A DNA stretch of 64,000 nucleotides from Clostridia bacterium (GTDB taxonomy: Bacteria; Bacillota; Clostridia; Christensenellales; CAG-917), in assembly GCA_017618055.1 (NCBI GenBank), contig JAFZVB010000014.1, positions 263,663-327,662 of the forward strand. Reading direction: 5' to 3'. The translations under genes and the position numbers were made by a program. The notes under the pieces are model-generated. The model saw only the letters and a list, made by a program, of their open reading frames with translations, was not told where the DNA came from and did no database searches. Positions 19,307 to 27,740 of the stretch are shown here, piece by piece; position 1 is the stretch's first letter; the number at the start of each line of letters is the position of its first letter.

Positions 19307-19848
19307 AAATTTGCTCCTCCAATTTCCTTTATATTTTCATTAATCATTTCTCTGACAAACGCTAGTACTTGTGGTTCACAAATGGATATTCCATTTAGTT
19401 GTTCCTTAAGCTCACGAGTGTCTAGATTAAATTGATTTCCTTCTACACTCACCGTTAGGACATATTCTGTTGCAAACTCATCACTTAAGAGTGTTACCAT
19501 TGTGTCTGCAATGTTTCCTAATGGCTCTCGGTCTATATTGTTGATTTCAAACGTGGCTACAACCTCAGTTCCTACTCCCTTTGTGGAATTTATTGAGAAC
19601 GTGCCTCCAGCCATCTCAGCGGCCATTTTAAAGAGTGGTACGCCCATTCCAACCTTTCTTGTAGTTCTTGTTGTTGTGAAAGGATCTGTTACCTTGTCTA
19701 GGAATTCATTATCCATCCCACAGCCATTGTCTTTAATCTTTATTGTTAACACATTGCCCAAGGCAATAATGTCTATTTCTACTAGTGTTGCTCCTGCTTT
19801 TACAGAGTTCTCAGTAATGTCTAGAATGTTTAGTGCAAGTTCTCTCAT
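19303..19848 (-). CDS. GHKL (histidine-kinase-like) ATPase domain protein
   Basis: Start moved to MRELALN (ATG 19848, behind GGAGAAAGGAGA); it overlaps the PHP gene stop. N-box NSVKAG, G1 box DNGCGM, G2 box GMGVPL. Confidence 0.6.
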   Translation of the reverse strand: MRELALNILDITENSVKAGATLVEIDIIALGNVLTIKIKDNGCGMDNEFLDKVTDPFTTTRTTRKVGMGVPLFKMAAEMAGGTFSINSTKGVGTEVVATFEINNIDREPLGNIADTMVTLLSDEFATEYVLTVSVEGNQFNLDTRELKEQLNGISICEPQVLAFVREMINENIKEIGGANL

Positions 19849-20546
19849 TCTCCTTTCTCCTTTGAGAGTGTGTCTATAAGACAATCTACATTGCACTCTT
19901 CAAGCTCTATTGCATTCCTGAATGATATTGTAGATAAGACGTGTGAATCACTATCCACAATTATTCTGTATTTGCTTTTATACTCCTCCATTTCTTTCTC
20001 AGTTGCTTTAGTACTAAACTCAACCGTGGTGAAACCCTCGTGTATGGCTCCCAAGATCATTAGCATACTGTTTGCTTCTCTGTCTATGTGAGCAGGTATT
20101 GCAACTCCTCCAAACTTTTTAACAAGTGAAGGAACTTGTACACTTGATATATTCGCACTATCTAGAAGCATTGTTTCCTCATATCCTATGATGTTGTCAT
20201 CCTCGTCTATGATTTGTTGTTCCCCAAAGATTTCTGGTCTGTTCTTTCTTTGAGAAAACTCTATGCTGTCATAGAAAGCCTTCAAGTCTTCGTATTTTTT
20301 GAACAAGCATAATATATGAATATCTTCGCTTGTCTGTAGCTCCATTGCAGGAACAACATTTATTCCATAGAATTCACCGGCTCTTATGGCTACTTCTACA
20401 TTTTTTATACTGTTATGATCCGATACAGCAACAAAATCTAGTCCATTTGCTTTAGCAAGACCAACGATTGTTACTGGTGTCATATCCTTTTCAGCACATG
20501 GTGATAAAGCTGAGTGGATATGTAAATCATAGTGATAGAGTCCCAT
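19845..20546 (-). CDS. PHP-domain phosphoesterase
   Basis: N-terminal DLHIHS and later SDHNS, AMEL and PAHIDR motifs, characteristic of the PHP (polymerase/histidinol phosphatase) fold. Confidence 0.7.
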   Translation of the reverse strand: MGLYHYDLHIHSALSPCAEKDMTPVTIVGLAKANGLDFVAVSDHNSIKNVEVAIRAGEFYGINVVPAMELQTSEDIHILCLFKKYEDLKAFYDSIEFSQRKNRPEIFGEQQIIDEDDNIIGYEETMLLDSANISSVQVPSLVKKFGGVAIPAHIDREANSMLMILGAIHEGFTTVEFSTKATEKEMEEYKSKYRIIVDSDSHVLSTISFRNAIELEECNVDCLIDTLSKEKGE

Positions 20547-20875
20547 TATCTAAGCGCCCTATCAAATGCCACAACTGCATTGTAGATATCAAGCTTAGTG
20601 CTAATAACGTTAAATCCTTGAATCTTAACTTTAGCAAGCAAGTTATCGTCTGGTTGTACTCCTTCACATAATACTATTAATGCTATATCTGCAAGTGTAG
20701 CCACAGCACAAACATTAACGTTGTTCATTATTGTGAACCAAGCACAATCTGCAGGTGCTCTTCCCATAACGTGAGAAAGGAAATCTCCAGCATAACCGGA
20801 AGTTATCTCTCTCCCATCATCTGCTATATATATTTCTTCGGCATCCAATGCCTTTATAACATCGTATACCGTCAT
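20546..20875 (-). CDS. Small DRTGG-like domain protein (paralogue of 22595..22945)
   Basis: 109 aa, similar in length and pattern to the 116-aa protein at 22595..22945. Start/stop overlaps on both sides. Family assignment is from the typical hydrogenase-cluster context and is tentative. Confidence 0.4.
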   Translation of the reverse strand: MTVYDVIKALDAEEIYIADDGREITSGYAGDFLSHVMGRAPADCAWFTIMNNVNVCAVATLADIALIVLCEGVQPDDNLLAKVKIQGFNVISTKLDIYNAVVAFDRALR

Positions 20876-22158
20876 TTGCTGTTTTTCTCCATTGCTTCTT
20901 TACGTGGACACTTTGTATCTCTTGGAAGTACTCCGTTAATTAAGTCTTCTGCAAATGCTCTACAACTTGGAGCACCACATAATCCACAGTCTACTTTTGG
21001 TAGTTCTTCCATTATAGATTCAATTTCCATCATCTTTTGCATTGCAACTATTCTGTTATCATCTAACTTGAATACATCCTTTAATGTTAGGTCTTGTTCC
21101 CAACAGAAGTAATCTGTAGTCTTATTCAAGTCTGCAATGTTGTTTATATTACGTGGTAATTTCTTTATGAGAGTGTGAAGGCGACCACGTGTAACAAATG
21201 GATTTTCTACATTCATTACTCCACCTACACACCCACCTGTACAAGCGTTTAATTCAATGAAATCTATATCTTGTAATCCGCCATCTTCAAGCATGTCTAA
21301 GATTTGCTTACAATTATCTATTCCATCTGCAGCGATTGTACTCTCTTTATATGTAGCATTAGCCTCTCCTCTTGATATGCCCCAGCCAAGTCCGTGAGAT
21401 GAAAGTGAACAAATTGGTTTAATATCTGTTAAGTCTTTCATAACTGGGAGTAAATGCATATATGCATCTGATGTGGAAAGGACTCTATCTACATAAGGTT
21501 TCTCAACACCAACACCCATCTTAAGAGCGAATACTTTTGCAGGACATGGAGAAATGAAATATACTCCAATATCTTCCTCTGGGATTCCTCTCTTGATAGC
21601 ATTTTGCTTTGCAATCTTTGCTGCAACGTCTACTGGTGCGAGTAAATTTAATAAATGGTCTTTTAGGTTGTGGTAACTCATCATAATGAGTTCCGAAATA
21701 GCTGGACAAGCTGTTGAAAGAATAGGTTTTGGAATAGTTCCCCTATTCATAATAATATTTGTTGCCTCGGAAACATAATCTGCTCCCTTTCCAACTTCAT
21801 ACACCTCGTCAAAGCCAAGTGCTAATAGTCCGTTTAAGACTATATTGATGTCCGTTAAATTGGTGAATTGTCCATAAAGGGATGGTGGTGGTAATACAAT
21901 TTTGTATTTGAAATCATTTAAACAATCCCAGGAATCATGAGAAGGTATTTTTGCATGATGTGGACAAAGTCTTACACATTCTCCACAACCAATACATTTT
22001 TCATAAGCAACACTAGCTTTTCCGTTTCTAACACGGATAGCTTCTGTTGGGCATCTTCTCATACAGGTAATACAACCCATACATTTGTCTGGATCTAACA
22101 TAACCGTATGTAATGCCTTCTCGTTTAATACGAGCTTTACTTTATCTTCTTTCCCCAT
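20872..22158 (-). CDS. HydS/HfsB-like putative sensory [FeFe]-hydrogenase homologue
   Basis: Two N-terminal 4Fe-4S motifs (CMGCITCMRRCP, CIGCGECVRLCP). Degenerate H-cluster motifs: TACPA (L1, first Cys replaced by Ala), SPCPAKVFA (L2), ELNACTGGCVGG (L3). Extra C-terminal Cys cluster CGLCGAPSCRAF...C. Confidence 0.7.
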   Translation of the reverse strand: MGKEDKVKLVLNEKALHTVMLDPDKCMGCITCMRRCPTEAIRVRNGKASVAYEKCIGCGECVRLCPHHAKIPSHDSWDCLNDFKYKIVLPPPSLYGQFTNLTDINIVLNGLLALGFDEVYEVGKGADYVSEATNIIMNRGTIPKPILSTACPAISELIMMSYHNLKDHLLNLLAPVDVAAKIAKQNAIKRGIPEEDIGVYFISPCPAKVFALKMGVGVEKPYVDRVLSTSDAYMHLLPVMKDLTDIKPICSLSSHGLGWGISRGEANATYKESTIAADGIDNCKQILDMLEDGGLQDIDFIELNACTGGCVGGVMNVENPFVTRGRLHTLIKKLPRNINNIADLNKTTDYFCWEQDLTLKDVFKLDDNRIVAMQKMMEIESIMEELPKVDCGLCGAPSCRAFAEDLINGVLPRDTKCPRKEAMEKNSK

Positions 22159-22169
22159 TATTCTCTTTC

Positions 22170-22595
22170 TCAGTTGAATTTAATTGTCATGTATACATTG
22201 GTTCCTACACCAACAGTACTATCTATCCTAAATTCATCTGTGTATTTTTTCATATTTGGCAAACCCATTCCAGCACCGAATCCTAATGCCCTGATATCAT
22301 CTGGAGCCGTAGACCAACCAGGCTGCATAGCTTGCTCTATATCTTCTATCCCCTTACCATGGTCTGCAAGTAATATTTCTATCCTGTCTAGAAAGATGTC
22401 AACGATTGCCTCTCCTCCGCCTGCGTGAATAACCATATTGATTTCGCCTTCATACATGGCTATGGCAACTCGTCTTATATCTGCTGAACTAATACCTATC
22501 ATTTTTAATTTGGATTTTACTTCCTCCGAGGCTGTGCCTGCAGATGCGAAGTTATTTCCGTCTACATTAAAAACTAAGTGTATGCTTTCAGACAT
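22170..22595 (-). CDS. SpoIIAB-like GHKL ATPase / anti-sigma-type serine kinase domain protein
   Basis: 141 aa with E..NMVIHAGGG, DHGKGI and GFGAGMGLPNM (G1/G2-like boxes). Confidence 0.55.
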   Translation of the reverse strand: MSESIHLVFNVDGNNFASAGTASEEVKSKLKMIGISSADIRRVAIAMYEGEINMVIHAGGGEAIVDIFLDRIEILLADHGKGIEDIEQAMQPGWSTAPDDIRALGFGAGMGLPNMKKYTDEFRIDSTVGVGTNVYMTIKFN

Positions 22596-22945
22596 TATCC
22601 CTTGCTCTTTCTTAAACCTGCTTCGTATAAACGACCTGAGGTTTCAAACATTGTGTATGGTGACAAAATAACAACTATGCCATTATCTTTTGCAAGGTTT
22701 ACTATTGTGTCATCTACTTTCTTATCTCTTGCTATTATGATGCATACTGCATCAACCATTATTGCTGTACGTACAATCTGAGGGTTAACAAGTCCTGTAA
22801 TAAGAACACCATTGGATGCAGAATAGAATGCAAGCACGTCACTCATCATATCAGATGCGCAACATGTTACAACTTCTGTATCAAGTCTATCCTCACAACA
22901 GAGAACTTTACCCTCTATAGTTTGTGTAATTTCACCAATATTCAT
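22595..22945 (-). CDS. DRTGG-like domain protein
   Basis: 116 aa. The pattern ...VLITGLVNPQIVRTA...VCIIIARDKKVDDTIVNLAKDNGIVVILSPYTMFETSG resembles DRTGG-domain proteins found in hydrogenase clusters. Tentative. Confidence 0.45.
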   Translation of the reverse strand: MNIGEITQTIEGKVLCCEDRLDTEVVTCCASDMMSDVLAFYSASNGVLITGLVNPQIVRTAIMVDAVCIIIARDKKVDDTIVNLAKDNGIVVILSPYTMFETSGRLYEAGLRKSKG

Positions 22946-22949
22946 AATC

Positions 22950-23450
22950 TTATGCCTTATATTTTGCGATAATTCCAGGAACTTCTTTTGGAGTCATCTT
23001 TCCATATGTATCTCCACCAACAACCATAACTGGTGCTAATCCACAGCAACCAATACAACGTGTTGCAGAAAGTGAGAACTTGCCATCTGATGTTGTGCCA
23101 CCTTCTGGTAAGCCAAGAACTTCTTTACATTTTTCAAAAACGTCTCCACTGCCTTTAACATAACAAGCTGTTCCTAAGCAAACTGAAACTGGATTTTCTC
23201 CAACAGGATTAAGAGAGAACCATGAATAGAATGTTGATACGCCAAAAATTTCTTCAAGTGGTACATTGAGTTCTTCAGCAACGATCTTTTGGACTTCAAT
23301 TGGAAGATATCCATAGATTTCTTGTGCTTGTTGAAGAGCTGGCATTGTTGCACCAGGTTGTCCCTTGAGTGAATTCAACATTTCACGGAGTTTCTTTTCT
23401 TGTTCTGGAGTTCCTTTAAATTGAACTGTTGTTAAATTGATTTTTCCCAT
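22950..23450 (-). CDS. hydC: NuoE-like [2Fe-2S] subunit (HydC/HndA-like)
   Basis: 166 aa. ALQQAQEIYGYLP, then VCLGTACYVKG and CIGCCGLAPV (the four NuoE-type Cys). Confidence 0.85.
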   Translation of the reverse strand: MGKINLTTVQFKGTPEQEKKLREMLNSLKGQPGATMPALQQAQEIYGYLPIEVQKIVAEELNVPLEEIFGVSTFYSWFSLNPVGENPVSVCLGTACYVKGSGDVFEKCKEVLGLPEGGTTSDGKFSLSATRCIGCCGLAPVMVVGGDTYGKMTPKEVPGIIAKYKA

Positions 23451-23582
23451 ATTTCCTCCACACTAAATTAGTGTATTTTTTTAATGCAAAATTATTTTAA
23501 CATTTTATATGTTATGAAAGCAATACAAAAAACCAAAAAAGACAGAAAAACACAAAATATTTTTAACAAAGATTTTATTTAT

Positions 23583-23617
23583 AAAAAATAAAAGCAGCAT
23601 TCTAACACACTGCTTTT
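23583..23617 (-). terminator. Rho-independent terminator after nadE
   Basis: Stem AAAGCAG (23591-23597) / CTGCTTT (23610-23616). On the minus strand it is followed by UAUUUUUUAU. Confidence 0.55.
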
Positions 23618-23645
23618 AAGAAAATTCAATATCTAACCGATTAGA

Positions 23646-24389
23646 TTATCTTTGATATCTAAATGGCAATCCTTTCTTATGATTTGCCTTCTTACTCATC
23701 TTATCTATCTTGTTGAATGTGTCTTCATCCAACTTTTCACCTTTAACATATTTGTCTATATCTGCATATGTAACACCAAGTTCTTGCTCATCTGTTTGTC
23801 CTTCAAACAATCCTGCACTTGGTGCTTTTGTAATAATGATTTCTGGAGCACCTAGATATCTGAGTAATTCGTAAATTTCAGAAACAGTTAAATCTGCTAT
23901 TGGATTTACATCATATGCACCATCTCCCCACTTTGTGAAATAACCAACTTCAAACTCATCTGCATTGCCTGTTCCAGCAACGAGATATCCTCTAGTTTGT
24001 GCTAGCGCATATAGTGTTGTCATTCTAAGTCTTGGGTTGATGTTTATAAGTGCTTGGTTATATGCCCAATCTCCACTCTTTCCTTCTAGAGAAGGAGCAA
24101 GCGTTTTAACCATTGTCTTTTTAGCCTCAGTTAAGTCTACTTCAATTTGCTCAATTCCAAAGGTTTTAGAAGCATTTAATGCGTCTTCTTTATCTTGTCC
24201 ATAGTTTCTACTGGATTCACATGGCATAATGACACCGAGTACATTATCTGTTGCAAGCTTACAAAGTGCTCCAACAAGTGTACAATCCTTTCCACCGCTA
24301 TTGCCATATATGAAACCTTTACAGCCACTATTTGCTAGTATTTCTTTGAGCCAATTTACTCTATTCTTAACTTCTAGTTCGCAATTCAT
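23646..24389 (-). CDS. nadE: NH3-dependent NAD+ synthetase
   Basis: 247 aa. PP-loop SGGKDCTLV. The NadE-like C-terminal part (GTGNADEFEVGYFTKWGDGAYDVNPI, TDEQELGVTY) is present. Confidence 0.8.
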   Translation of the reverse strand: MNCELEVKNRVNWLKEILANSGCKGFIYGNSGGKDCTLVGALCKLATDNVLGVIMPCESSRNYGQDKEDALNASKTFGIEQIEVDLTEAKKTMVKTLAPSLEGKSGDWAYNQALININPRLRMTTLYALAQTRGYLVAGTGNADEFEVGYFTKWGDGAYDVNPIADLTVSEIYELLRYLGAPEIIITKAPSAGLFEGQTDEQELGVTYADIDKYVKGEKLDEDTFNKIDKMSKKANHKKGLPFRYQR

Positions 24390-24404
24390 AATTAGTCCTT
24401 TTGC

Positions 24405-25538
24405 TTATTTTAAGCAAGCATCCAAATCTGCCTCAATTTGTTTTCTATCCATATCCTTTCCGATGAATACGAGTTTGATGATTTTATCTCCAACAACTGG
24501 ATCCCATTCTGCAGCAACATCTGGATTGTATTTTAAGATGTTTTCTTGGTCTTTTTTAGGCATAGAAGCAACCCACTCACCTACGTTTGCAAGAGTCTTT
24601 TGGAGACCTGCTTGTTCAAACATATACATATTCTTTGTGTCTCTTGTAATCCATACAACACCCTTACAACGGATAATGCTTCTTGGATATTTCTCGTTTG
24701 CCCAGTCTAAGAATTTGTTAGTATTGAATGGTTGTCTTCTCTTGTATACGAATGTTTGAATATTGTATTCAAGGACTTCACCTTCTGGTTCATCTTCCTC
24801 TTCTTCAATTTCTTCTAAACCTTTAATCCATGCAGCTGAACTGGATGCCTTTTCAAAATCAAAGGATTGTGTATCTAAAATTTTTGCTAAATCTACTTTA
24901 CCTTGAACTGCATTGATATATTCTGCATCTGGTTGTAATGCCTTTAATACAGCTGTGACTTCCTTAAGGTCTTCTTCGGATACTAAGTCTGTCTTGTTGA
25001 TAATAATCTTTGTACAGAATTCAACTTGTTGAATAATGAGGTTTTCAATATCATCATCTTCAATATCTTCCTTCATTAAATCCTTGCCTCTACCGAACTC
25101 TTCTACAAGTCTTGCAGCATCTACTACGGAAACAATATTATCTAATCTTACACCGAAATCAAAACCACTATTCTTTAAACCTTCTCCAAGATATTCAATT
25201 GTATTAACAATTGGTACAGGTTCACAGATACCGCTTGCTTCAATGAGAATGTAGTCATATTTGCCACTTTGTGCAAGCTTACCAATTTGATCCATTAAGT
25301 CTTCTTTAAGTGTGCAACAAATACATCCATTTTGAAGTGGAACGAGGTTATCATCTTTTTGAGAGACTACTCCACCTTGTTGGATTAAACTTGCATCAAT
25401 ATTAACTTCACCGATATCGTTTACGATAACTGCAACTTTATATCCTTGTTGATTTCCAAGAACATGATTTAATAATGTTGTCTTACCTGCACCGAGATAA
25501 CCTGTTAATAATGTAATAGGAACAATTCTTCTTACCAT
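24405..25538 (-). CDS. COG0523-family (CobW/YjiA/ZigA-like) metallochaperone GTPase
   Basis: Walker A GYLGAGKTTLLNH, metal-binding motif GCICCTL and NKTDL (G4). A CobW_C-like C-terminal domain follows an acidic EIEEEEDEPEGE insert. Confidence 0.85.
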   Translation of the reverse strand: MVRRIVPITLLTGYLGAGKTTLLNHVLGNQQGYKVAVIVNDIGEVNIDASLIQQGGVVSQKDDNLVPLQNGCICCTLKEDLMDQIGKLAQSGKYDYILIEASGICEPVPIVNTIEYLGEGLKNSGFDFGVRLDNIVSVVDAARLVEEFGRGKDLMKEDIEDDDIENLIIQQVEFCTKIIINKTDLVSEEDLKEVTAVLKALQPDAEYINAVQGKVDLAKILDTQSFDFEKASSSAAWIKGLEEIEEEEDEPEGEVLEYNIQTFVYKRRQPFNTNKFLDWANEKYPRSIIRCKGVVWITRDTKNMYMFEQAGLQKTLANVGEWVASMPKKDQENILKYNPDVAAEWDPVVGDKIIKLVFIGKDMDRKQIEADLDACLK

Positions 25539-25565
25539 AATTACTTTTCACCTTCTAAAAAATTT

Positions 25566-25591
25566 TATTTGCAAATATTATATAGCAAATA
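25566..25591. promoter_or_regulatory. Candidate operator palindrome in the divergent COG0523/CYTH promoter region
   Basis: Inverted repeat TATTTGC (25566-25572) ... GCAAATA (25585-25591) separated by an AT-rich 12-mer. The sequence does not match the Zur/Fur boxes I remember, so the regulator is unknown. Confidence 0.25.
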
Positions 25592-25661
25592 CCCCTTTTT
25601 GTACAACAAATTTATTCACTTATGTAAATAAAAGATGTATAATCCAAGCAAAGGAGTTTGT

Positions 25662-26156
25662 ATGGGAAAAGAAATAGAATTCAAGTACTTAACAAGTGCA
25701 GAAAAACTTCCAAAAGACTATAAGTCTTATCCAACGAAGGAAATAGAACAAGCATACTTAAATATGCCTGGCACAGATGCATCTAAAACATATAGAGTTA
25801 GGAAAATGGGCAATAAATATTTTTATTGTGTAAAAGGAGAAGGACTAATAGCAAGAGAGGAATCTGAGGAAGAAATTTCTAAAGAAGAATATGCTTTTTA
25901 CTTGGTTCACAAAACAGGAAATTCCATACATAAAACTAGATATTTTATTCCACTTGGATATGATGATTTAGTTGCAGAATTAGATGTTTACCATGACCAA
26001 TTAGATGGACTTTATACTGTGGAAGTAGAATTTAAAGAGGACTATGATTTGTCCTCCTTTGTTCCACCTAGTTGGTTTGGAAAAGATGTAACGAAAGATT
26101 CTAGATATAAAAATGCAAATCTAGCAAAAATAGATTCTATTTCTTCCCTTTCTTAG
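25662..26156 (+). CDS. CYTH-domain (triphosphate tunnel metalloenzyme) protein
   Basis: Start moved to ATG 25662, behind AAGGAG. The N-terminal EIEFKYL is the CYTH ExExK signature. About 164 aa of alternating beta-strand pattern. Confidence 0.7.
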   Translation: MGKEIEFKYLTSAEKLPKDYKSYPTKEIEQAYLNMPGTDASKTYRVRKMGNKYFYCVKGEGLIAREESEEEISKEEYAFYLVHKTGNSIHKTRYFIPLGYDDLVAELDVYHDQLDGLYTVEVEFKEDYDLSSFVPPSWFGKDVTKDSRYKNANLAKIDSISSLS

Positions 26157-27255
26157 TATTTCCTAAAAGAACTACAAATGGTGATGTAGATGTATCTTTA
26201 GATACATAACTTCTTGTATATCCACGAGAATGCTCATCATTTTTCTCTAATGAATTTACTATTATCTCGCTATCACTGTTGTATTCATCTTGTTTTATCT
26301 CACCCAAAAGAGCAATGAAATCCTCTTCCTTAATTGGCTTAATCTTTTCTCCGTTCTTGTTACGTACACTTGTATAATATCTCTCGTTTTTACATCCTGG
26401 ATATGTAACAAAATATTTTGCAAGAATTGGTAATTCCACTAGCCTGCAATTGAATTTAATCATTGCTTTTTGTAGATTTCTAACAAAGTTAGGATCTCCA
26501 TATCTTAGCTTGTCATTAAAGATTACATTCTTGTTTGTGAGTATATTCTTAATTGGCTCCTTGCAGTCTTTTAAAGACTCATCCATTGTGTCATAAAGAA
26601 TATCCATTTGCTTATGAGATCTTGGTATTTCTAATCTTCCATCTAAAAGAGATTTTTGGTATGTGATTCTAGTCCTATCCTCTTTGTTAATTCCTGGAAT
26701 AATTTCATACTTATCTAGTAACCCTTGAAGAGTTAGACTTTCTTCTTCCAACATCTTTTTGAGAATTAACATTGTTGCATATGAATCTTCATCTGATCTA
26801 TGTGCCGTATACTCTATTTCATAATTTGCAGCAACCTCTTCAAGCTTTTTTAGGTTCTTATTTCCAGAGATAATTTTGTACATCATGGCAACATCTATAA
26901 AACTAAACTTTATTCTATTTAGAGAATAAAAATCACAGTTTTCATTGATATATTTTACATCATTATCTACTGCATAACCTATAACTAAATCTGCATCATC
27001 AAAGAGAGATTTTATTTTGTCATAATGCTCTGGAAATTTGCCTGCTTTTCTAAATTCACTTTCTTCATACGCAAGATGAATTCTTGGCTTCTTTCCGTAT
27101 AAAAGCGCAAATGTTTTAGGTGCAGGATTAACTAAAATGTCTTCCTTTTTTAATACATTAAAATTCTCATCTGTTAAGCAATAACCAAATGAGCATAAAG
27201 AACCATCTGTGTAGTTCCCTGAGCAACTTTCTATATCATAGAATAAATACTTCAC
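26137..27255 (-). CDS. DEDDh 3'-5' exonuclease (DnaQ-like) with a ~190-aa C-terminal extension (possibly BRCT-like)
   Basis: Exo I FYDIES, Exo II GYAVDNDVKYI, Exo III HRSDEDSYAT. The GTG start overlaps the upstream TAG by 1 nt. The C-terminal segment KNVIFNDKLRYGDP...LVELPILAKYFVTYPG is loosely BRCT-like. Confidence 0.7.
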   Translation of the reverse strand: MKYLFYDIESCSGNYTDGSLCSFGYCLTDENFNVLKKEDILVNPAPKTFALLYGKKPRIHLAYEESEFRKAGKFPEHYDKIKSLFDDADLVIGYAVDNDVKYINENCDFYSLNRIKFSFIDVAMMYKIISGNKNLKKLEEVAANYEIEYTAHRSDEDSYATMLILKKMLEEESLTLQGLLDKYEIIPGINKEDRTRITYQKSLLDGRLEIPRSHKQMDILYDTMDESLKDCKEPIKNILTNKNVIFNDKLRYGDPNFVRNLQKAMIKFNCRLVELPILAKYFVTYPGCKNERYYTSVRNKNGEKIKPIKEEDFIALLGEIKQDEYNSDSEIIVNSLEKNDEHSRGYTRSYVSKDTSTSPFVVLLGNTKKGKK

Positions 27256-27740
27256 TATTTCTCTTCCTGTATAAGTTCTCTTAAAATCTTAACACCTTCA
27301 GCTGTGTAATCTTCGGGTTTAATATATCCAATATTATCCATCATTCTTTTTGCTGCTTGCATGATGTCAATTGAATTGTAGATTTCATAGCAGTTTACAA
27401 TCTCTTTTGCTGGGAAAAGTCTATAGACTTGTTTGCTAGAAAGATTGTATAAGAATGCGATGGTTCTATACATATAACCAACCCAATACATTACCTCTGG
27501 ATCATATTTTTGGCTACCGTATTCACTTTCACCATATTCTTTGTCTAAAACTTCAAATACATAGTCTGGATTGTTAGATTGGAATAGATAGGATTTGTTA
27601 TCTAAACTTCCAACAAAATTAGAAAGCATAAATCTTCTAATAAATACCAATGAACTATATGATGCTTTTTTTACAGACATCTCAAAGAGTTCTGCTTGTA
27701 TGATACATAATTCTGATTCACTATAATCTAATGTTCTCAT
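27255..27740 (-). CDS. Hypothetical 161-aa protein, middle gene of the DUF3990 operon (possibly DUF3791-related)
   Basis: 4-nt overlap with the upstream gene and 1-nt overlap with the downstream gene. Predicted all-helical. Weak resemblance to the DUF3791 partners that usually accompany DUF3990. Not verified. Confidence 0.35.
   Translation of the reverse strand: MRTLDYSESELCIIQAELFEMSVKKASYSSLVFIRRFMLSNFVGSLDNKSYLFQSNNPDYVFEVLDKEYGESEYGSQKYDPEVMYWVGYMYRTIAFLYNLSSKQVYRLFPAKEIVNCYEIYNSIDIMQAAKRMMDNIGYIKPEDYTAEGVKILRELIQEEK

Noticed and set aside
24229-24759. 176-aa plus-strand ORF spanning the nadE/COG0523 junction
   Set aside because: It is antisense to two well-supported genes. Its composition is Ser/Leu/Phe-rich, as is typical of antisense frames.
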